From the NCBI GenBank assembly GCA_001724785.1, contig MEDL01000003.1, forward strand, positions 1-50,236: a DNA stretch of 50,236 nt, written 5' to 3'. Below the pieces are notes generated by a model. It was not told the origin of the DNA, searched no databases, and saw nothing but the letters and a program-made list of their open reading frames with translations. Below are positions 36,623-47,858 of this stretch, one piece after another; the stretch's first letter is position 1; every line of letters begins with the position of its first letter. A program made the translations under genes and the position numbers. The stretch comes from Acidovorax sp. SCN 68-22. Its GTDB lineage: Bacteria > Pseudomonadota > Gammaproteobacteria > Burkholderiales > Burkholderiaceae_C.

Positions 36623-37831
36623 ATGCAGATTCTTCGTTTCTCCGACCTTTGCGCCAACGGGCAGGTCGCCGGCAAGCGCGTGTTCATCCGCGCCGATCTC
36701 AACGTCCCGCTGGATGCGGACGGCCACATCACCGAAGACACGCGCATTCGCGCCTCGGTGCCGTGCATCCAGATGGCGCTCGCCGCCGGCGCAGCCGTCA
36801 TGGTGACCAGCCACCTCGGTCGGCCCGAGGAGGGGCGATTCAAGCCCGAGGACTCGCTCGCGCCGGTGGCGCAGCGCCTCTCCGAGCTCCTGGGCCGCAG
36901 CGTGCCGCTGCGCGCCGGCTGGGTGGATGGCGTGGCCGTGCAGCCCGGCGAAGTGGTGCTCCTGGAGAACTGCCGGGTCAACCCCGGCGAAAAGAAGAAC
37001 GACCCCGCACTGGCGCGCGCGATTGCGGCCTTGTGCGACATCTACGTCAACGACGCATTCGGCACCGCGCACCGCGCCGAAGCCACCACCTACGGCGCGG
37101 CGCAGTACGCGCCGGTGGCCTGCGCCGGCCCGCTGCTCGCGGCCGAAATCGACGCGCTGGGCAAGGCGCTGGCCCAGCCCCAACGCCCTTTGGCGGCAAT
37201 CGTCGCTGGTTCCAAGGTGTCCACCAAGCTGACCATCCTGCAAAGCCTCGCGGGCAAGGTGGACCAGCTGATCGTGGGCGGGGGAATTGCGAACACCTTC
37301 ATGCTGGCGGCTGGCCTGCCCATCGGCAAGAGCCTGGCCGAGCCCGGGCTGGTGGACGCGGCCCGCTCCGTGATGCAAGCCATGAAGGAGCGGGGCGCCG
37401 AGGTGCCGATTCCGACCGACGTGGTCACCGCCAAGGCGTTCTCGGCGGATGCACCCGCCACCACCAAGCGCGCGGACGCGGTGGAGGAAGACGATTTGAT
37501 TCTCGATATCGGTCCCGAAACGGCCGCCCGCCTGGCGCGGCAGCTCGCTCAGGCAGGCACCATTGTCTGGAACGGTCCGGTGGGCGTGTTTGAATTTCCG
37601 GCATTCGGAAATGGCACGCGCGTACTGGCCGAGGCGATCGCAGATTCCCCCGCTTTCAGTATTGCGGGGGGCGGCGATACTTTGGCGGCGATTGCGAAAT
37701 ATGGGATTGAGGACCGCGTGGGATATATATCCACTGGTGGCGGTGCTTTTCTCGAAGTCCTCGAAGGGCGCACGCTGCCGGCGTTTGAAATCCTTGAGAA
37801 ACGTGCGGCCGGAAATGCTGCGGCGCAGTGA
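36623..37831 (+). CDS. pgk: Phosphoglycerate kinase
   Basis: RADLNVP; SHLGRP; NDAFGTAHR; WNGPVGVFE; GGGDT; [10 protein letters not shown]. Confidence 0.98.
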   Translation: MQILRFSDLCANGQVAGKRVFIRADLNVPLDADGHITEDTRIRASVPCIQMALAAGAAVMVTSHLGRPEEGRFKPEDSLAPVAQRLSELLGRSVPLRAGWVDGVAVQPGEVVLLENCRVNPGEKKNDPALARAIAALCDIYVNDAFGTAHRAEATTYGAAQYAPVACAGPLLAAEIDALGKALAQPQRPLAAIVAGSKVSTKLTILQSLAGKVDQLIVGGGIANTFMLAAGLPIGKSLAEPGLVDAARSVMQAMKERGAEVPIPTDVVTAKAFSADAPATTKRADAVEEDDLILDIGPETAARLARQLAQAGTIVWNGPVGVFEFPAFGNGTRVLAEAIADSPAFSIAGGGDTLAAIAKYGIEDRVGYISTGGGAFLEVLEGRTLPAFEILEKRAAGNAAAQ

Positions 37832-37985
37832 AGGACTGTGACAAAAACAACAAGCCGTATGTGGCGGAACGCCCTTAGCGCATCTTTTTCTTGTTTTTGT
37901 TGAGAAGCACGCCCAGAATAATTTCGATCCGGGTTGTGGGTGCCAGTGGGCCCGTCGCCCCTGCTTCAATCGTTAGGAGGGAATC

Positions 37986-38678
37986 ATGGTGTTTTCAAAG
38001 GCATTCAGCGCCGCCTTGCTGGTCGGCGCTGTAGCGAGCATGGTGGGCTGCGCAAACAAGGCGCCCATCCCGCTGGCAGAGAATTTCGACCTCACTGTGC
38101 AGCCCAAGGTGCGTTCGGCCGGTCATTGGGACCTGCTCTCGCGCGACGTCGTTTCGCAGACCCTGGGGACACTGGAAAAGTCGGGCGTTCCCGCTGGCAC
38201 GCAGGTGCACGTGGGCCTGCCGCCGAACCCGAGCGCCTTTGACCTCGCCTTCCGCGATTTCCTGATCACGAAGTTCGTGCAAAGTGGCGCCAATGTGCAG
38301 ATGGCCCCCGGCCAGGGCCTGGATGTGAGCTACCACGCCCAGCTGGTGCGCCACAACAGCGACCGGCCGCATTTCGTTCCCGGCCAGTTCACCATGATCA
38401 CGGCCGGCCTGATGGCCGCCTACGGCCTGCGCCACGAGCACATCGACGCCCAGTTGATGGGTGCGCTCGGCTTGGCCGCATTGGCCGATTACGGCGCCAG
38501 CGTGAACACTGGCGGGCCGACGAATACGGAGATGGTGCTCACGACCACCGTGTCGCGCGGCGGCCAGTACATTGCGCGCAAGACCGATGTCTACTACCTC
38601 GAAAACGTGGACGCGCCATTGTTCCTGCGCCCCCCGCCGGCCTACCGAAGCGTCAACATGAAGGTGGTGTCGCAATGA
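37986..38678 (+). CDS. Hypothetical lipoprotein (partner of the FlgO-domain gene)
   Basis: SD AGGAGG; lipobox MVGC (Cys22); internal hydrophobic Gly/Ala helix pair; ATGA-coupled to the next gene. Confidence 0.8.
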   Translation: MVFSKAFSAALLVGAVASMVGCANKAPIPLAENFDLTVQPKVRSAGHWDLLSRDVVSQTLGTLEKSGVPAGTQVHVGLPPNPSAFDLAFRDFLITKFVQSGANVQMAPGQGLDVSYHAQLVRHNSDRPHFVPGQFTMITAGLMAAYGLRHEHIDAQLMGALGLAALADYGASVNTGGPTNTEMVLTTTVSRGGQYIARKTDVYYLENVDAPLFLRPPPAYRSVNMKVVSQ

Positions 38679-39229
38679 AATCCTACGCTTTGCTCTCCCT
38701 GTGCGCCGGCGCCTTGCTGGCCGGCTGTGCTCAGAACGGTGCTCCTGTCCGTGTCGAACCCACCTACCTGGAAGCCGCGAGCAACCCGTTCCTGCTGAGC
38801 AGCGCCGACGCCATTACGAAGCTGACTGCCGGCTTCGACATGCCCGCCGTCAGCGGCGGCCCGGTGCTGGTGGCGACCATCGTGAATGTGAACGATCTCA
38901 GCCGCTCGGCCCCGCTGGGGCGTACGCTGTCCGAGCAATATGCATCGGCCATGGCCGGCAAAGGCTTTAACGTCAAGGAAGTGAAGCTGCGCGGCGACGT
39001 GTTCGTCCAGGAAGGCGCTGGGGAGCTGTTGCTGTCGCGCGAAATCAAGGACATTGCGCGCAACCACAACGCCGCGTTGGTACTGGTGGGCACCTATTCC
39101 GCAGCGGCGAATTTCACCTACGTGAGCCTCAAGCTCGTGCGTACCGAAGACAGCCGCATCGTGCGTGGCTACGATTACGCGCTGCCCAACGACCGCGATG
39201 TGCAACGTCTGCTGCAGACCGCACGCTAA
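38675..39229 (+). CDS. FlgO-domain outer-membrane lipoprotein
   Basis: Lipobox LAGC (Cys18); LVAT.VN.NDL..S..LGR..SE; G..V.E.KLR; GELLLSRE; VLVGTYS, which I recognise as the FlgO family pattern. Confidence 0.8.
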   Translation: MKSYALLSLCAGALLAGCAQNGAPVRVEPTYLEAASNPFLLSSADAITKLTAGFDMPAVSGGPVLVATIVNVNDLSRSAPLGRTLSEQYASAMAGKGFNVKEVKLRGDVFVQEGAGELLLSREIKDIARNHNAALVLVGTYSAAANFTYVSLKLVRTEDSRIVRGYDYALPNDRDVQRLLQTAR

Positions 39230-39247
39230 ATTGCTGCCAACCTTCCC

Positions 39248-39275
39248 AAAAAAAGGCTCCTTTGGAGCCTTTTTT
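39248..39275. terminator. Bidirectional intrinsic terminator
   Basis: A7-GGCTCC-TTT-GGAGCC-T6. Confidence 0.9.
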
Positions 39276-39310
39276 GCTATTTGGCTGGCGCAGGCAGGCG
39301 GACAGCTTGT

Positions 39311-39354
39311 CGATGTAACCAATTCAATGTGAAAATTGAAACTCAATTACATCG
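39311..39354. promoter_or_regulatory. Operator-like element upstream of pyk (HexR-like)
   Basis: CGATGTAA (39311) ... TTACATCG (39347) inverted repeat; TGAAAC-TCA-ATTACA at 39337-39351. Confidence 0.4.
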
Positions 39355-39372
39355 TTGCAGGGAAAGATCTGT

Positions 39373-40812
39373 ATGACCAGTTTGCGCCGCGCCACCAAGA
39401 TAGTTGCCACTCTCGGGCCTGCCTCGGGCGAGCTGTCCATGCTGGAGCAGATGGTGCTGGCCGGGGTCAACGTGGTGCGCCTGAATTTCAGCCACGGGCA
39501 GGCGCAGGACCACATCGAGCGCGCCCGGTTGGTGCGCGAGGCGGCCAAGCGCGCCGGGCGCGAGGTGGCCATCATGGCCGACTTGCAGGGCCCCAAGATC
39601 CGCGTCGGAAAGTTCTCCGAGGGACGTGTGTTGCTTCAGGAAGGCGCTGCCTTCGTGCTCGATGCATCGCGCACCGAGCCGGGCGACCAGGCTGGCGTGG
39701 GGCTGGATTACAAGGAACTGCCGCGCGACACCCGACCCGGGGACGTGCTGCTGCTCAACGACGGATTGATCGTCCTCACCGTGAGCGCCGTCCGGGGCGA
39801 GGAGGTGCATACCGTTGTGCGCGTCGGCGGCGAGCTTTCGAACAACAAGGGGATCAACAAGCAGGGGGGAGGGCTCACGGCGCCAGCGCTGACCGAAAAG
39901 GACATGGAAGACATTCGCACGGCGATGAGCTTCCAGGCCGACTACGTCGCCGTGAGCTTTCCCAAGAACGCCACCGACATGGAAATGGCGCGCCAGCTGT
40001 GCAATGTGGCGGCCGCGCAATACCGCCACAGGCCGGGACTGATCGCCAAGATCGAACGCGCAGAGGCCATACCCCGCCTGGAGGAAATTCTCCGCGTCAG
40101 CGACGGCATCATGGTGGCGCGCGGCGACCTCGCGGTCGAAGTCGGCAATGCGGTGGTCCCGGCCTTGCAGAAGAAAATGATCCGCATGGCGCGCGACATG
40201 GACAAGCTCGTCATCACGGCCACGCAGATGATGGAGAGCATGATCACCAACGCCTCGCCGACCCGCGCCGAGGTGAGCGATGTGGCCAACGCCGTCCTCG
40301 ACGGCACCGACGCCGTGATGCTGAGCGCGGAAACCGCTGCTGGACGCTACCCGCTGGAAACCGTCCAGGAGATGGCGAAGATCTGCGCCGCCGCCGAATC
40401 GGCGGAGGACGTTCTGCTGGATGCCGATTTTTCCGGGCGCACCTTCGGCGCCATCGACCACTCCATCGCCATGGGCGCCCTGTTTACCGCGTACCACCTG
40501 GGGGCCAAGGCCATTGTGGCGATGACGGAGAGCGGCTCGACCGCGCTGTGGATGAGCCGCCACCGCATCCACATTCCTATCTACGCCCTGACCCCCAAGA
40601 TCGCCACCCAGCGGCGCATGGCGTTGTACCGCAACGTACGGCCGATATTGATGGACACCAGCGCCGACCGCGACACCGCCCTGGCGCAGGCGGAGCGCCA
40701 TTTGAAGGACCGTGGCATCGTCAGCGCGGGCGACGTCTACGCCATTACCTGCGGCGAACCCATGGGCGCACCGGGCGGCACCAACATGCTGAAGATCTGC
40801 CGCGCTGCCTGA
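39373..40812 (+). CDS. pyk: Pyruvate kinase
   Basis: TKIVATLGPAS; RLNFSHG; DLQGPKIR; IAKIE; MVARGDL; ATQMMESM; PTRAEVSDVANA. Confidence 0.98.
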   Translation: MTSLRRATKIVATLGPASGELSMLEQMVLAGVNVVRLNFSHGQAQDHIERARLVREAAKRAGREVAIMADLQGPKIRVGKFSEGRVLLQEGAAFVLDASRTEPGDQAGVGLDYKELPRDTRPGDVLLLNDGLIVLTVSAVRGEEVHTVVRVGGELSNNKGINKQGGGLTAPALTEKDMEDIRTAMSFQADYVAVSFPKNATDMEMARQLCNVAAAQYRHRPGLIAKIERAEAIPRLEEILRVSDGIMVARGDLAVEVGNAVVPALQKKMIRMARDMDKLVITATQMMESMITNASPTRAEVSDVANAVLDGTDAVMLSAETAAGRYPLETVQEMAKICAAAESAEDVLLDADFSGRTFGAIDHSIAMGALFTAYHLGAKAIVAMTESGSTALWMSRHRIHIPIYALTPKIATQRRMALYRNVRPILMDTSADRDTALAQAERHLKDRGIVSAGDVYAITCGEPMGAPGGTNMLKICRAA

Positions 40813-40940
40813 GTACGCGCGCCGGCCATTGGCGTTGGGTGGATGTTCTCGGGTGGCGGATAGGCTTGGCTAGAATGCCCGGTTACCACGCGGTTACATG
40901 ACTGGAAACCGCATTTCGATACCCTCACCGGACATATGCC

Positions 40941-42005
40941 ATGCCTCTTGTTTCCATGCGACAGCTCCTGGACCACGCCGCCGAGTGTGGTTACGGCATT
41001 CCTGCCTTCAACGTGAACAATCTCGAGCAGGTTCAGGCGGTGATGGCGGCCGCCGAAGAAACAGGCGCGCCGGTCATCCTGCAGGCCAGCGCGGGCGCTC
41101 GCAAGTACGCGGGGGAGTCGTTCATCAAGTACCTCATCCAGGGAGCGATCGAAGCCTATCCCCACATCCCCCTGGTGATGCACCAGGACCACGGCCAGAG
41201 CCCGGCGGTCTGCCAGGGTGCCATCGACCTCGGCTTTTCCTCGGTGATGATGGACGGTTCGCTGGAAGCCGACGGCAAGACGATCGCAAGCTACGACTAC
41301 AACGTGGACGTGACCCGCAAGGTCGTAGACATGGCGCACCGCGTGGGCGTGACGGTCGAAGGTGAACTTGGCTGCCTGGGTTCGCTGGAGACCATGAAGG
41401 GCGACAAGGAAGACGGCCACGGCACCGACGCCACCATGACGCTTGAGCAGCTTCTCACCGATCCGGAGCAGGCAGCGGACTTCGTCAAACGCACCCAGCT
41501 CGACGCCTTGGCCATCGCCATCGGCACCAGCCATGGTGCCTACAAGTTCACGCGCAAACCCACGGGGGACATCCTGGCGATAGATCGTGTCAAGGAAATC
41601 CATGCGCGCATCCCCAACACACACCTGGTGATGCACGGTTCGTCCAGTGTTCCGCAGGATCTGCTGGAAGTGATTCGCCAGTACGGCGGGCAAATGAAGG
41701 AAACCTACGGCGTACCCGTCGAGGAAATCCAGAAGGCCATCCAGTTCGGTGTGCGCAAGATCAACATCGACACCGACATTCGCCTGGCCATGACGGGTGC
41801 GGTGCGCAAGTTCCTGCACGAGAACCCCGACAAGTTCGACGCCCGCGAATGGCTCAAGCCGGCACGGGAGGCGGCCAAGGCGATTTGCCGTCAGCGCTAC
41901 CTCGAGTTCGGCTGCGAAGGCCAGGCCGGCAAGATCCAGCCGCGCAGCTTGCACGCCGTCGCGGCGCAGTACGTCAGCGGTGAACTGGCACAAGTGGTGA
42001 ACTGA
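40941..42005 (+). CDS. fba: Fructose-bisphosphate aldolase class II
   Basis: PAFNVNNLE; HQDHG; SVMMDGS; [11 protein letters not shown]; LVMHGSS; KINIDTD. Confidence 0.98.
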   Translation: MPLVSMRQLLDHAAECGYGIPAFNVNNLEQVQAVMAAAEETGAPVILQASAGARKYAGESFIKYLIQGAIEAYPHIPLVMHQDHGQSPAVCQGAIDLGFSSVMMDGSLEADGKTIASYDYNVDVTRKVVDMAHRVGVTVEGELGCLGSLETMKGDKEDGHGTDATMTLEQLLTDPEQAADFVKRTQLDALAIAIGTSHGAYKFTRKPTGDILAIDRVKEIHARIPNTHLVMHGSSSVPQDLLEVIRQYGGQMKETYGVPVEEIQKAIQFGVRKINIDTDIRLAMTGAVRKFLHENPDKFDAREWLKPAREAAKAICRQRYLEFGCEGQAGKIQPRSLHAVAAQYVSGELAQVVN

Positions 42006-42144
42006 GCTGTTTCCACGGCCCCTTCTGGTGGCGCGCCTCTAATCGAGGCGCATGGTTCCCACGGTCGGCTCCGTGGACCGCAAGTATCTTCATGTAAGCT
42101 TACGGTCAGCGAGCAGGGATTGCCAAGAACACGAGGAGACACCA

Positions 42145-43260
42145 ATGCAGATAGGAGTGCCCGCTGAAACGGCGGCGGGGGAAACGCGGGTGGCCGCGAC
42201 CCCGGAGACCGTCAAGAAATTTATCGCGCAGGGGCACACGGTGCACGTGCAGCGCGGTGCTGGCGAGCGGGCCAGCGTGCCCGACGGAGCATATGCGGCC
42301 GTGGGAGCGGTGCTGTGCGACGCGCAAGAGGCGCTGGGCGCGCAGATGGTGCTCAAGGTTCGGGCGCCGCAGGAATCCGAAATGCCCGCGATGCGTTCCG
42401 GCGCGGTGGTGGTCGGCATGCTCAACCCCTTCGACGCGCCCGGCCTGCAGCGCCTGGCCGGTGCCGGCCTGACGGCATTTGCACTCGAAGCCGCGCCGCG
42501 CACCTCACGCGCGCAGAGCATGGACGTGCTCTCCTCCCAGGCCAACATCGCTGGTTACAAGGCCGTGATGATGGCGGCGGATCGCTACCAACGCATCTTC
42601 CCCATGCTGATGACCGCCGCAGGCACGGTCAAGGCGGCGCGGGTGGTCATCCTGGGTGTCGGCGTGGCCGGGCTGCAAGCGATTGCCACGGCCAAACGCC
42701 TGGGCGCCGTCATTGAAGCCTCCGACGTACGCCCCAGCGTCAAGGAACAGGTCGAATCGCTGGGCGCCAAGTTCATCGACGTGCCCTACGAAACGCAGGA
42801 AGAAAAAGACGCTGCGGAGGGCGTGGGAGGCTACGCCCGCCCCATGCCGCAGAGCTGGCTCGACCGGCAGAAGGCGGAGGTTGCCAAGCGCGTTGCCGCC
42901 GCGGATATCGTCATCACCACGGCCCTCATCCCGGGCCGGCCCGCTCCGGTGCTGGTGACCGAGGAGATGGTCGCCGCCATGAAGCCCGGCTCGGTGATCG
43001 TCGACCTCGCGGCCAGCCAGGGCGGCAACTGCCCGCTGACCCAGGCCGGCGCGGTGGTGCAGGCGCACGGTGTCACGCTGGTGGGCGAAACCAACCTTCC
43101 GGCGCTGGTTGCAGCCGATGCTTCGGCGCTGTACGCGCGCAATGTCCTCGACTTCCTCAAGCTGCTCTTCGACAAGGACGGGCAGTTCGCGTTGAACCTC
43201 GAAGACGACATCGTGAAGGCCTGCCTCGTGGCGCACGAAGGCCAGTTGCTGCGCACTTGA
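42145..43260 (+). CDS. pntAA: NAD(P) transhydrogenase alpha-1 subunit (domain I)
   Basis: ETRVAATPE; RAQSMDVLSSQANIAGYKAV; GVGVAGLQAI; TALIPGRPAP; SD GAGGAG. Confidence 0.96.
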   Translation: MQIGVPAETAAGETRVAATPETVKKFIAQGHTVHVQRGAGERASVPDGAYAAVGAVLCDAQEALGAQMVLKVRAPQESEMPAMRSGAVVVGMLNPFDAPGLQRLAGAGLTAFALEAAPRTSRAQSMDVLSSQANIAGYKAVMMAADRYQRIFPMLMTAAGTVKAARVVILGVGVAGLQAIATAKRLGAVIEASDVRPSVKEQVESLGAKFIDVPYETQEEKDAAEGVGGYARPMPQSWLDRQKAEVAKRVAAADIVITTALIPGRPAPVLVTEEMVAAMKPGSVIVDLAASQGGNCPLTQAGAVVQAHGVTLVGETNLPALVAADASALYARNVLDFLKLLFDKDGQFALNLEDDIVKACLVAHEGQLLRT

Positions 43261-43317
43261 CCGCCCGGCGCTGCCCGTGCAGCGCTTCCTGTTGTTGGTA
43301 AATCTCTGGAGACTGCG

Positions 43318-43626
43318 ATGGAAGCCATTTCCCACGTCGTCATCAACCTGACCATTTTTGTGCTGGCCATCTATGTGGGCTATCACGTGGTCTGGACGGT
43401 GACCCCTGCGCTGCATACGCCGCTGATGGCGGTGACCAATGCCATTTCGGCCATTGTCATCGTCGGTGCCATGCTCGCGGCCGCGCTCACGGTCACGCCC
43501 CTGGGCAAATCCATGGGCGTGCTGGCGGTGGCCCTGGCGGCCGTCAATGTGTTCGGCGGGTTTCTCGTGACGCGTCGGATGCTCGAGATGTTCCGCAAGA
43601 AGGACAAGCCCGGAGCCGCGAAATGA
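43318..43626 (+). CDS. pntAB: NAD(P) transhydrogenase alpha-2 subunit (membrane)
   Basis: [17 protein letters not shown]; [15 protein letters not shown]. Confidence 0.96.
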   Translation: MEAISHVVINLTIFVLAIYVGYHVVWTVTPALHTPLMAVTNAISAIVIVGAMLAAALTVTPLGKSMGVLAVALAAVNVFGGFLVTRRMLEMFRKKDKPGAAK

Positions 43627-45074
43627 GCGCCAGTGTCATCGCCCTGCTGTACCTCGTCGCCTCGGTGTGCTTCATCCAGGCGCTGAAGGGCCTCAGCCAC
43701 CCCACCACGTCCATTCGCGGCAACCTCTTTGGCATGGTCGGCATGGCCATTGCCGTGCTGACCACCGTGGGCCTCATCTATGGCCAGGTCCAGGCATTGA
43801 ACGTCGGGTTTGGGGCGGGCATGGCCTATGTCCTGGCGGCGCTGGTGGTTGGCGGCGGCGCTGGCGCGGTCATGGCCAAGCGCGTGGAAATGACCAAGAT
43901 GCCCGAGCTGGTGGCCTTCATGCACAGCATGATCGGTTTGGCGGCGGTGTTCATCGCCGTCGCCGTGGTTGCGGAGCCGTACGCCTTCCAGATCGTCGCC
44001 AAGGCGGCGGACGGTGCGGTCCCTCCGATACCCGTCGGCAACCGCATGGAGCTGTTCCTCGGTGCGGCCATCGGGGCCATCACCTTTTCCGGTTCCGTGA
44101 TCGCCTTCGGCAAGCTCAGCGGCAAATACAAGTTCCGCCTTTTCCAGGGCGCGCCGGTGTCCTTCAAGGGGCAGCACGCGGTCAATCTCGTCATCGGCCT
44201 GGCGACACTTGGGCTGGGCGGCGTCTTCATGGCAACGCAGCGCATGGACGTTTTCTTCGCCATGCTCGCGCTCGCCTTCGTGCTCGGCGTGCTGATCATC
44301 ATTCCGATCGGCGGGGCCGACATGCCGGTGGTGGTGTCCATGCTCAACAGCTATTCCGGTTGGGCCGCCGCAGGGATTGGCTTCAGCCTGAACAACAGCA
44401 TGCTGATCATCGCCGGCTCGCTGGTCGGCAGTTCGGGCGCCATCCTCAGCTACATCATGTGCAAGGCCATGAACCGCTCGTTCTTCAGCGTGATTCTGGG
44501 CGGCTTTGGCGCCGAGCCGGGGTCCGCGGCGGCGGGGGCGGCTGCGCAGCGCCCCGTCAAGAGCGGCAGCGCCGACGATGCGGCCTTCGTCCTGGGCAAC
44601 GCCGAAACCGTGGTCATCGTGCCGGGTTACGGCCTGGCCGTGGCGCGCGCCCAGCACGCGGTGAAGGAACTGGCGGCCAAGCTCGCGGAGAAGGGGGTCA
44701 GCGTCAAGTACGCCATCCATCCCGTGGCGGGGCGCATGCCCGGCCACATGAACGTGTTGCTGGCCGAAGCCGAAGTGCCGTACGACCAGGTCTTCGAAAT
44801 GGAAGACATCAACGGCGAGTTCGGCCAGGTGGACGTGGCCATCGTGCTCGGCGCCAACGACGTGGTGAATCCTGCGGCACACGTCAAGGGCAGCCCCATT
44901 TACGGCATGCCGATTCTGGAGGCCTACAAGGCCAAGACGGTCATCGTGAACAAGCGCTCGATGGCTTCGGGCTATGCAGGTCTCGACAACGAACTGTTTT
45001 ACATGGACAAGACCATGATGGTGTTCGGCGACGCGAAGAAGGTCGTCGAAGACATGGTCAAGGCCATCGACTAA
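43623..45074 (+). CDS. pntB: NAD(P) transhydrogenase beta subunit
   Basis: [11 protein letters not shown]; [18 protein letters not shown]; VPGYGLAVA; [18 protein letters not shown]; GANDVVNP. Confidence 0.98.
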   Translation: MSASVIALLYLVASVCFIQALKGLSHPTTSIRGNLFGMVGMAIAVLTTVGLIYGQVQALNVGFGAGMAYVLAALVVGGGAGAVMAKRVEMTKMPELVAFMHSMIGLAAVFIAVAVVAEPYAFQIVAKAADGAVPPIPVGNRMELFLGAAIGAITFSGSVIAFGKLSGKYKFRLFQGAPVSFKGQHAVNLVIGLATLGLGGVFMATQRMDVFFAMLALAFVLGVLIIIPIGGADMPVVVSMLNSYSGWAAAGIGFSLNNSMLIIAGSLVGSSGAILSYIMCKAMNRSFFSVILGGFGAEPGSAAAGAAAQRPVKSGSADDAAFVLGNAETVVIVPGYGLAVARAQHAVKELAAKLAEKGVSVKYAIHPVAGRMPGHMNVLLAEAEVPYDQVFEMEDINGEFGQVDVAIVLGANDVVNPAAHVKGSPIYGMPILEAYKAKTVIVNKRSMASGYAGLDNELFYMDKTMMVFGDAKKVVEDMVKAID

Positions 45075-45097
45075 TACCTAGAGCTGGAGCGAAAAGC

Positions 45098-46777
45098 ATG
45101 ATTGATCGCCCATGGCTGGCCGCCTATCCCGATGGCGTGCCGGCAGACATCGACCCCTCGCAGTACCCCTCCCTTGTGGCCTTGATGGAAGAGGCCTTCG
45201 CCAAGTATGCGCAAAGAACCGCGTACAGCTTCATGGGCAAGGACCTGAGCTACGCCGAAACCGATTCGCTCAGCAGCGCGCTCGCCGCCTACCTGCAGGG
45301 ACTTGGTTTGGTCAAGGGCGATCGCGTCGCCCTGATGATGCCCAATGTGCCGCAGTACCCCATTTCGGTGGCGGCCGTGCTGCGCGCCGGTTACGTGGTG
45401 GTCAATGTGAATCCCTTGTACACGCCGCGCGAACTGGAGCATCAGCTGCGCGACTCGGGCGCGAAAGCCATGGTGGTGCTGGAGAATTTCGCCGCCACCT
45501 TGCAGGCCTGTATCGCCAACACCCCGGTGAAGCACATCGTGGTCTGTTCCATGGGCGACCGGCTCGGCTTGCTCAAGGGCGCCCTGGTCAACTACGTGGT
45601 GCGCAACGTCAAGAAGATGGTGCCTTCGTGGAGCCTGCCGGGGGCGGTGCGGTTCAACGAGGCGCTGGCGCGCGGAACACGCGCCACGCTCAAGAAGCCG
45701 GAGATCCGGCCCGACGACATCGCGCTGCTGCAGTACACCGGCGGCACCACCGGGGTCAGCAAGGGCGCGGTGCTGTTGCACCGCAACGTGATTGCGAACG
45801 TGCTGCAGTCCGAAGCGTGGAACGCCCCCGTGATGCAACGCGTTCCCGCGGACGAACAGCCCACCAGCATCTGCGCGCTGCCGCTCTACCACATCTTCGC
45901 TTTCACGGTGAACATGATGCTGAGCATGCGCACCGGCGGCAAGACCATCCTCATACCCAATCCGCGGGATCTGCCGGCGGTCCTCAAGGAGCTGTCCAAG
46001 CACCGGTTCCACAGCTTTCCGGCCGTCAACACCCTGTTCAACGGCCTGGCCAACCACCCGGATTTCGGCACGGTCGACTGGAGCCACCTCAAGGTGTCGG
46101 TCGGGGGGGGCATGGCGGTGCAGGGCGCCGTCGCCAAGCTGTGGCTGGACAAGACCGGTTGCCCGATCTGCGAAGGCTACGGCCTGTCCGAGACAAGCCC
46201 GTCCGCCAGTTGCAACCCGGTGACGAGCAAGGAGTTCAGCGGCACTATCGGGGTCCCGCTGCCCAGCACGTCCATGAAGCTGCTGGACGACGAAGGTCAG
46301 GAGGTCAGCGCGCTGGGGCAACCGGGGGAAATCGCGATCAAGGGACCGCAGGTGATGGCCGGCTATTGGCAGCGTCCGGACGAAACGGCGAAAGTCATGA
46401 CGGAGGACGGCTATTTCAAAACCGGCGACATCGGCGTCATGGACGAGCGCGGCTATTTCAAGATCGTCGACCGCAAGAAAGACATGGTGCTGGTGAGCGG
46501 CTTCAACGTGTACCCGAACGAGGTCGAAGAGGTGGTGGCAGCTTGCCCCGGTGTCATGGAGTGCGCCGTGGTGGGCGTGCCGGACGACAAAACCGGCGAA
46601 GCCGTCAAGCTCGTGATCGTCAAGAAGTCGCCCGATCTGACGGAAGCGCAGGTGCGCGAATTCTGCCGAACCAACCTTACGGGCTACAAGCAGCCGCGCG
46701 TGATCGAGTTCCGTGAGGAACTGCCCAAGACCCCGGTGGGCAAGATTCTGCGGCGCGAACTGCGCGACAAAAAATAA
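45098..46777 (+). CDS. fadD: Long-chain fatty acid--CoA ligase
   Basis: LQYTGGTTGVSKGA; EGYGLSETSP; KTGDIG; DRKKDM.LVSGFNVYPNE; PKTPVGKILRR. Confidence 0.95.
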   Translation: MIDRPWLAAYPDGVPADIDPSQYPSLVALMEEAFAKYAQRTAYSFMGKDLSYAETDSLSSALAAYLQGLGLVKGDRVALMMPNVPQYPISVAAVLRAGYVVVNVNPLYTPRELEHQLRDSGAKAMVVLENFAATLQACIANTPVKHIVVCSMGDRLGLLKGALVNYVVRNVKKMVPSWSLPGAVRFNEALARGTRATLKKPEIRPDDIALLQYTGGTTGVSKGAVLLHRNVIANVLQSEAWNAPVMQRVPADEQPTSICALPLYHIFAFTVNMMLSMRTGGKTILIPNPRDLPAVLKELSKHRFHSFPAVNTLFNGLANHPDFGTVDWSHLKVSVGGGMAVQGAVAKLWLDKTGCPICEGYGLSETSPSASCNPVTSKEFSGTIGVPLPSTSMKLLDDEGQEVSALGQPGEIAIKGPQVMAGYWQRPDETAKVMTEDGYFKTGDIGVMDERGYFKIVDRKKDMVLVSGFNVYPNEVEEVVAACPGVMECAVVGVPDDKTGEAVKLVIVKKSPDLTEAQVREFCRTNLTGYKQPRVIEFREELPKTPVGKILRRELRDKK

Positions 46778-46839
46778 GCTGCGCCACAAGCGCACAAACC
46801 CGTCTTTACCGCTCCCCCATCCCGAGGGACGATGCCGCG

Positions 46840-47850
<1,011 letters not shown>

Positions 47851-47858
47851 AGGCACGC

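Noticed and set aside
42145-43626. Split pntA as a frameshift or pseudogene
   Set aside because: Both parts have their own SD and start; the three-subunit transhydrogenase is a known architecture.
46771-46800. AAAATAAGCTGCGCCACAAGCGC as a sixth repeat copy
   Set aside because: It lacks the N18 spacing and flanking blocks; the similarity is too short.
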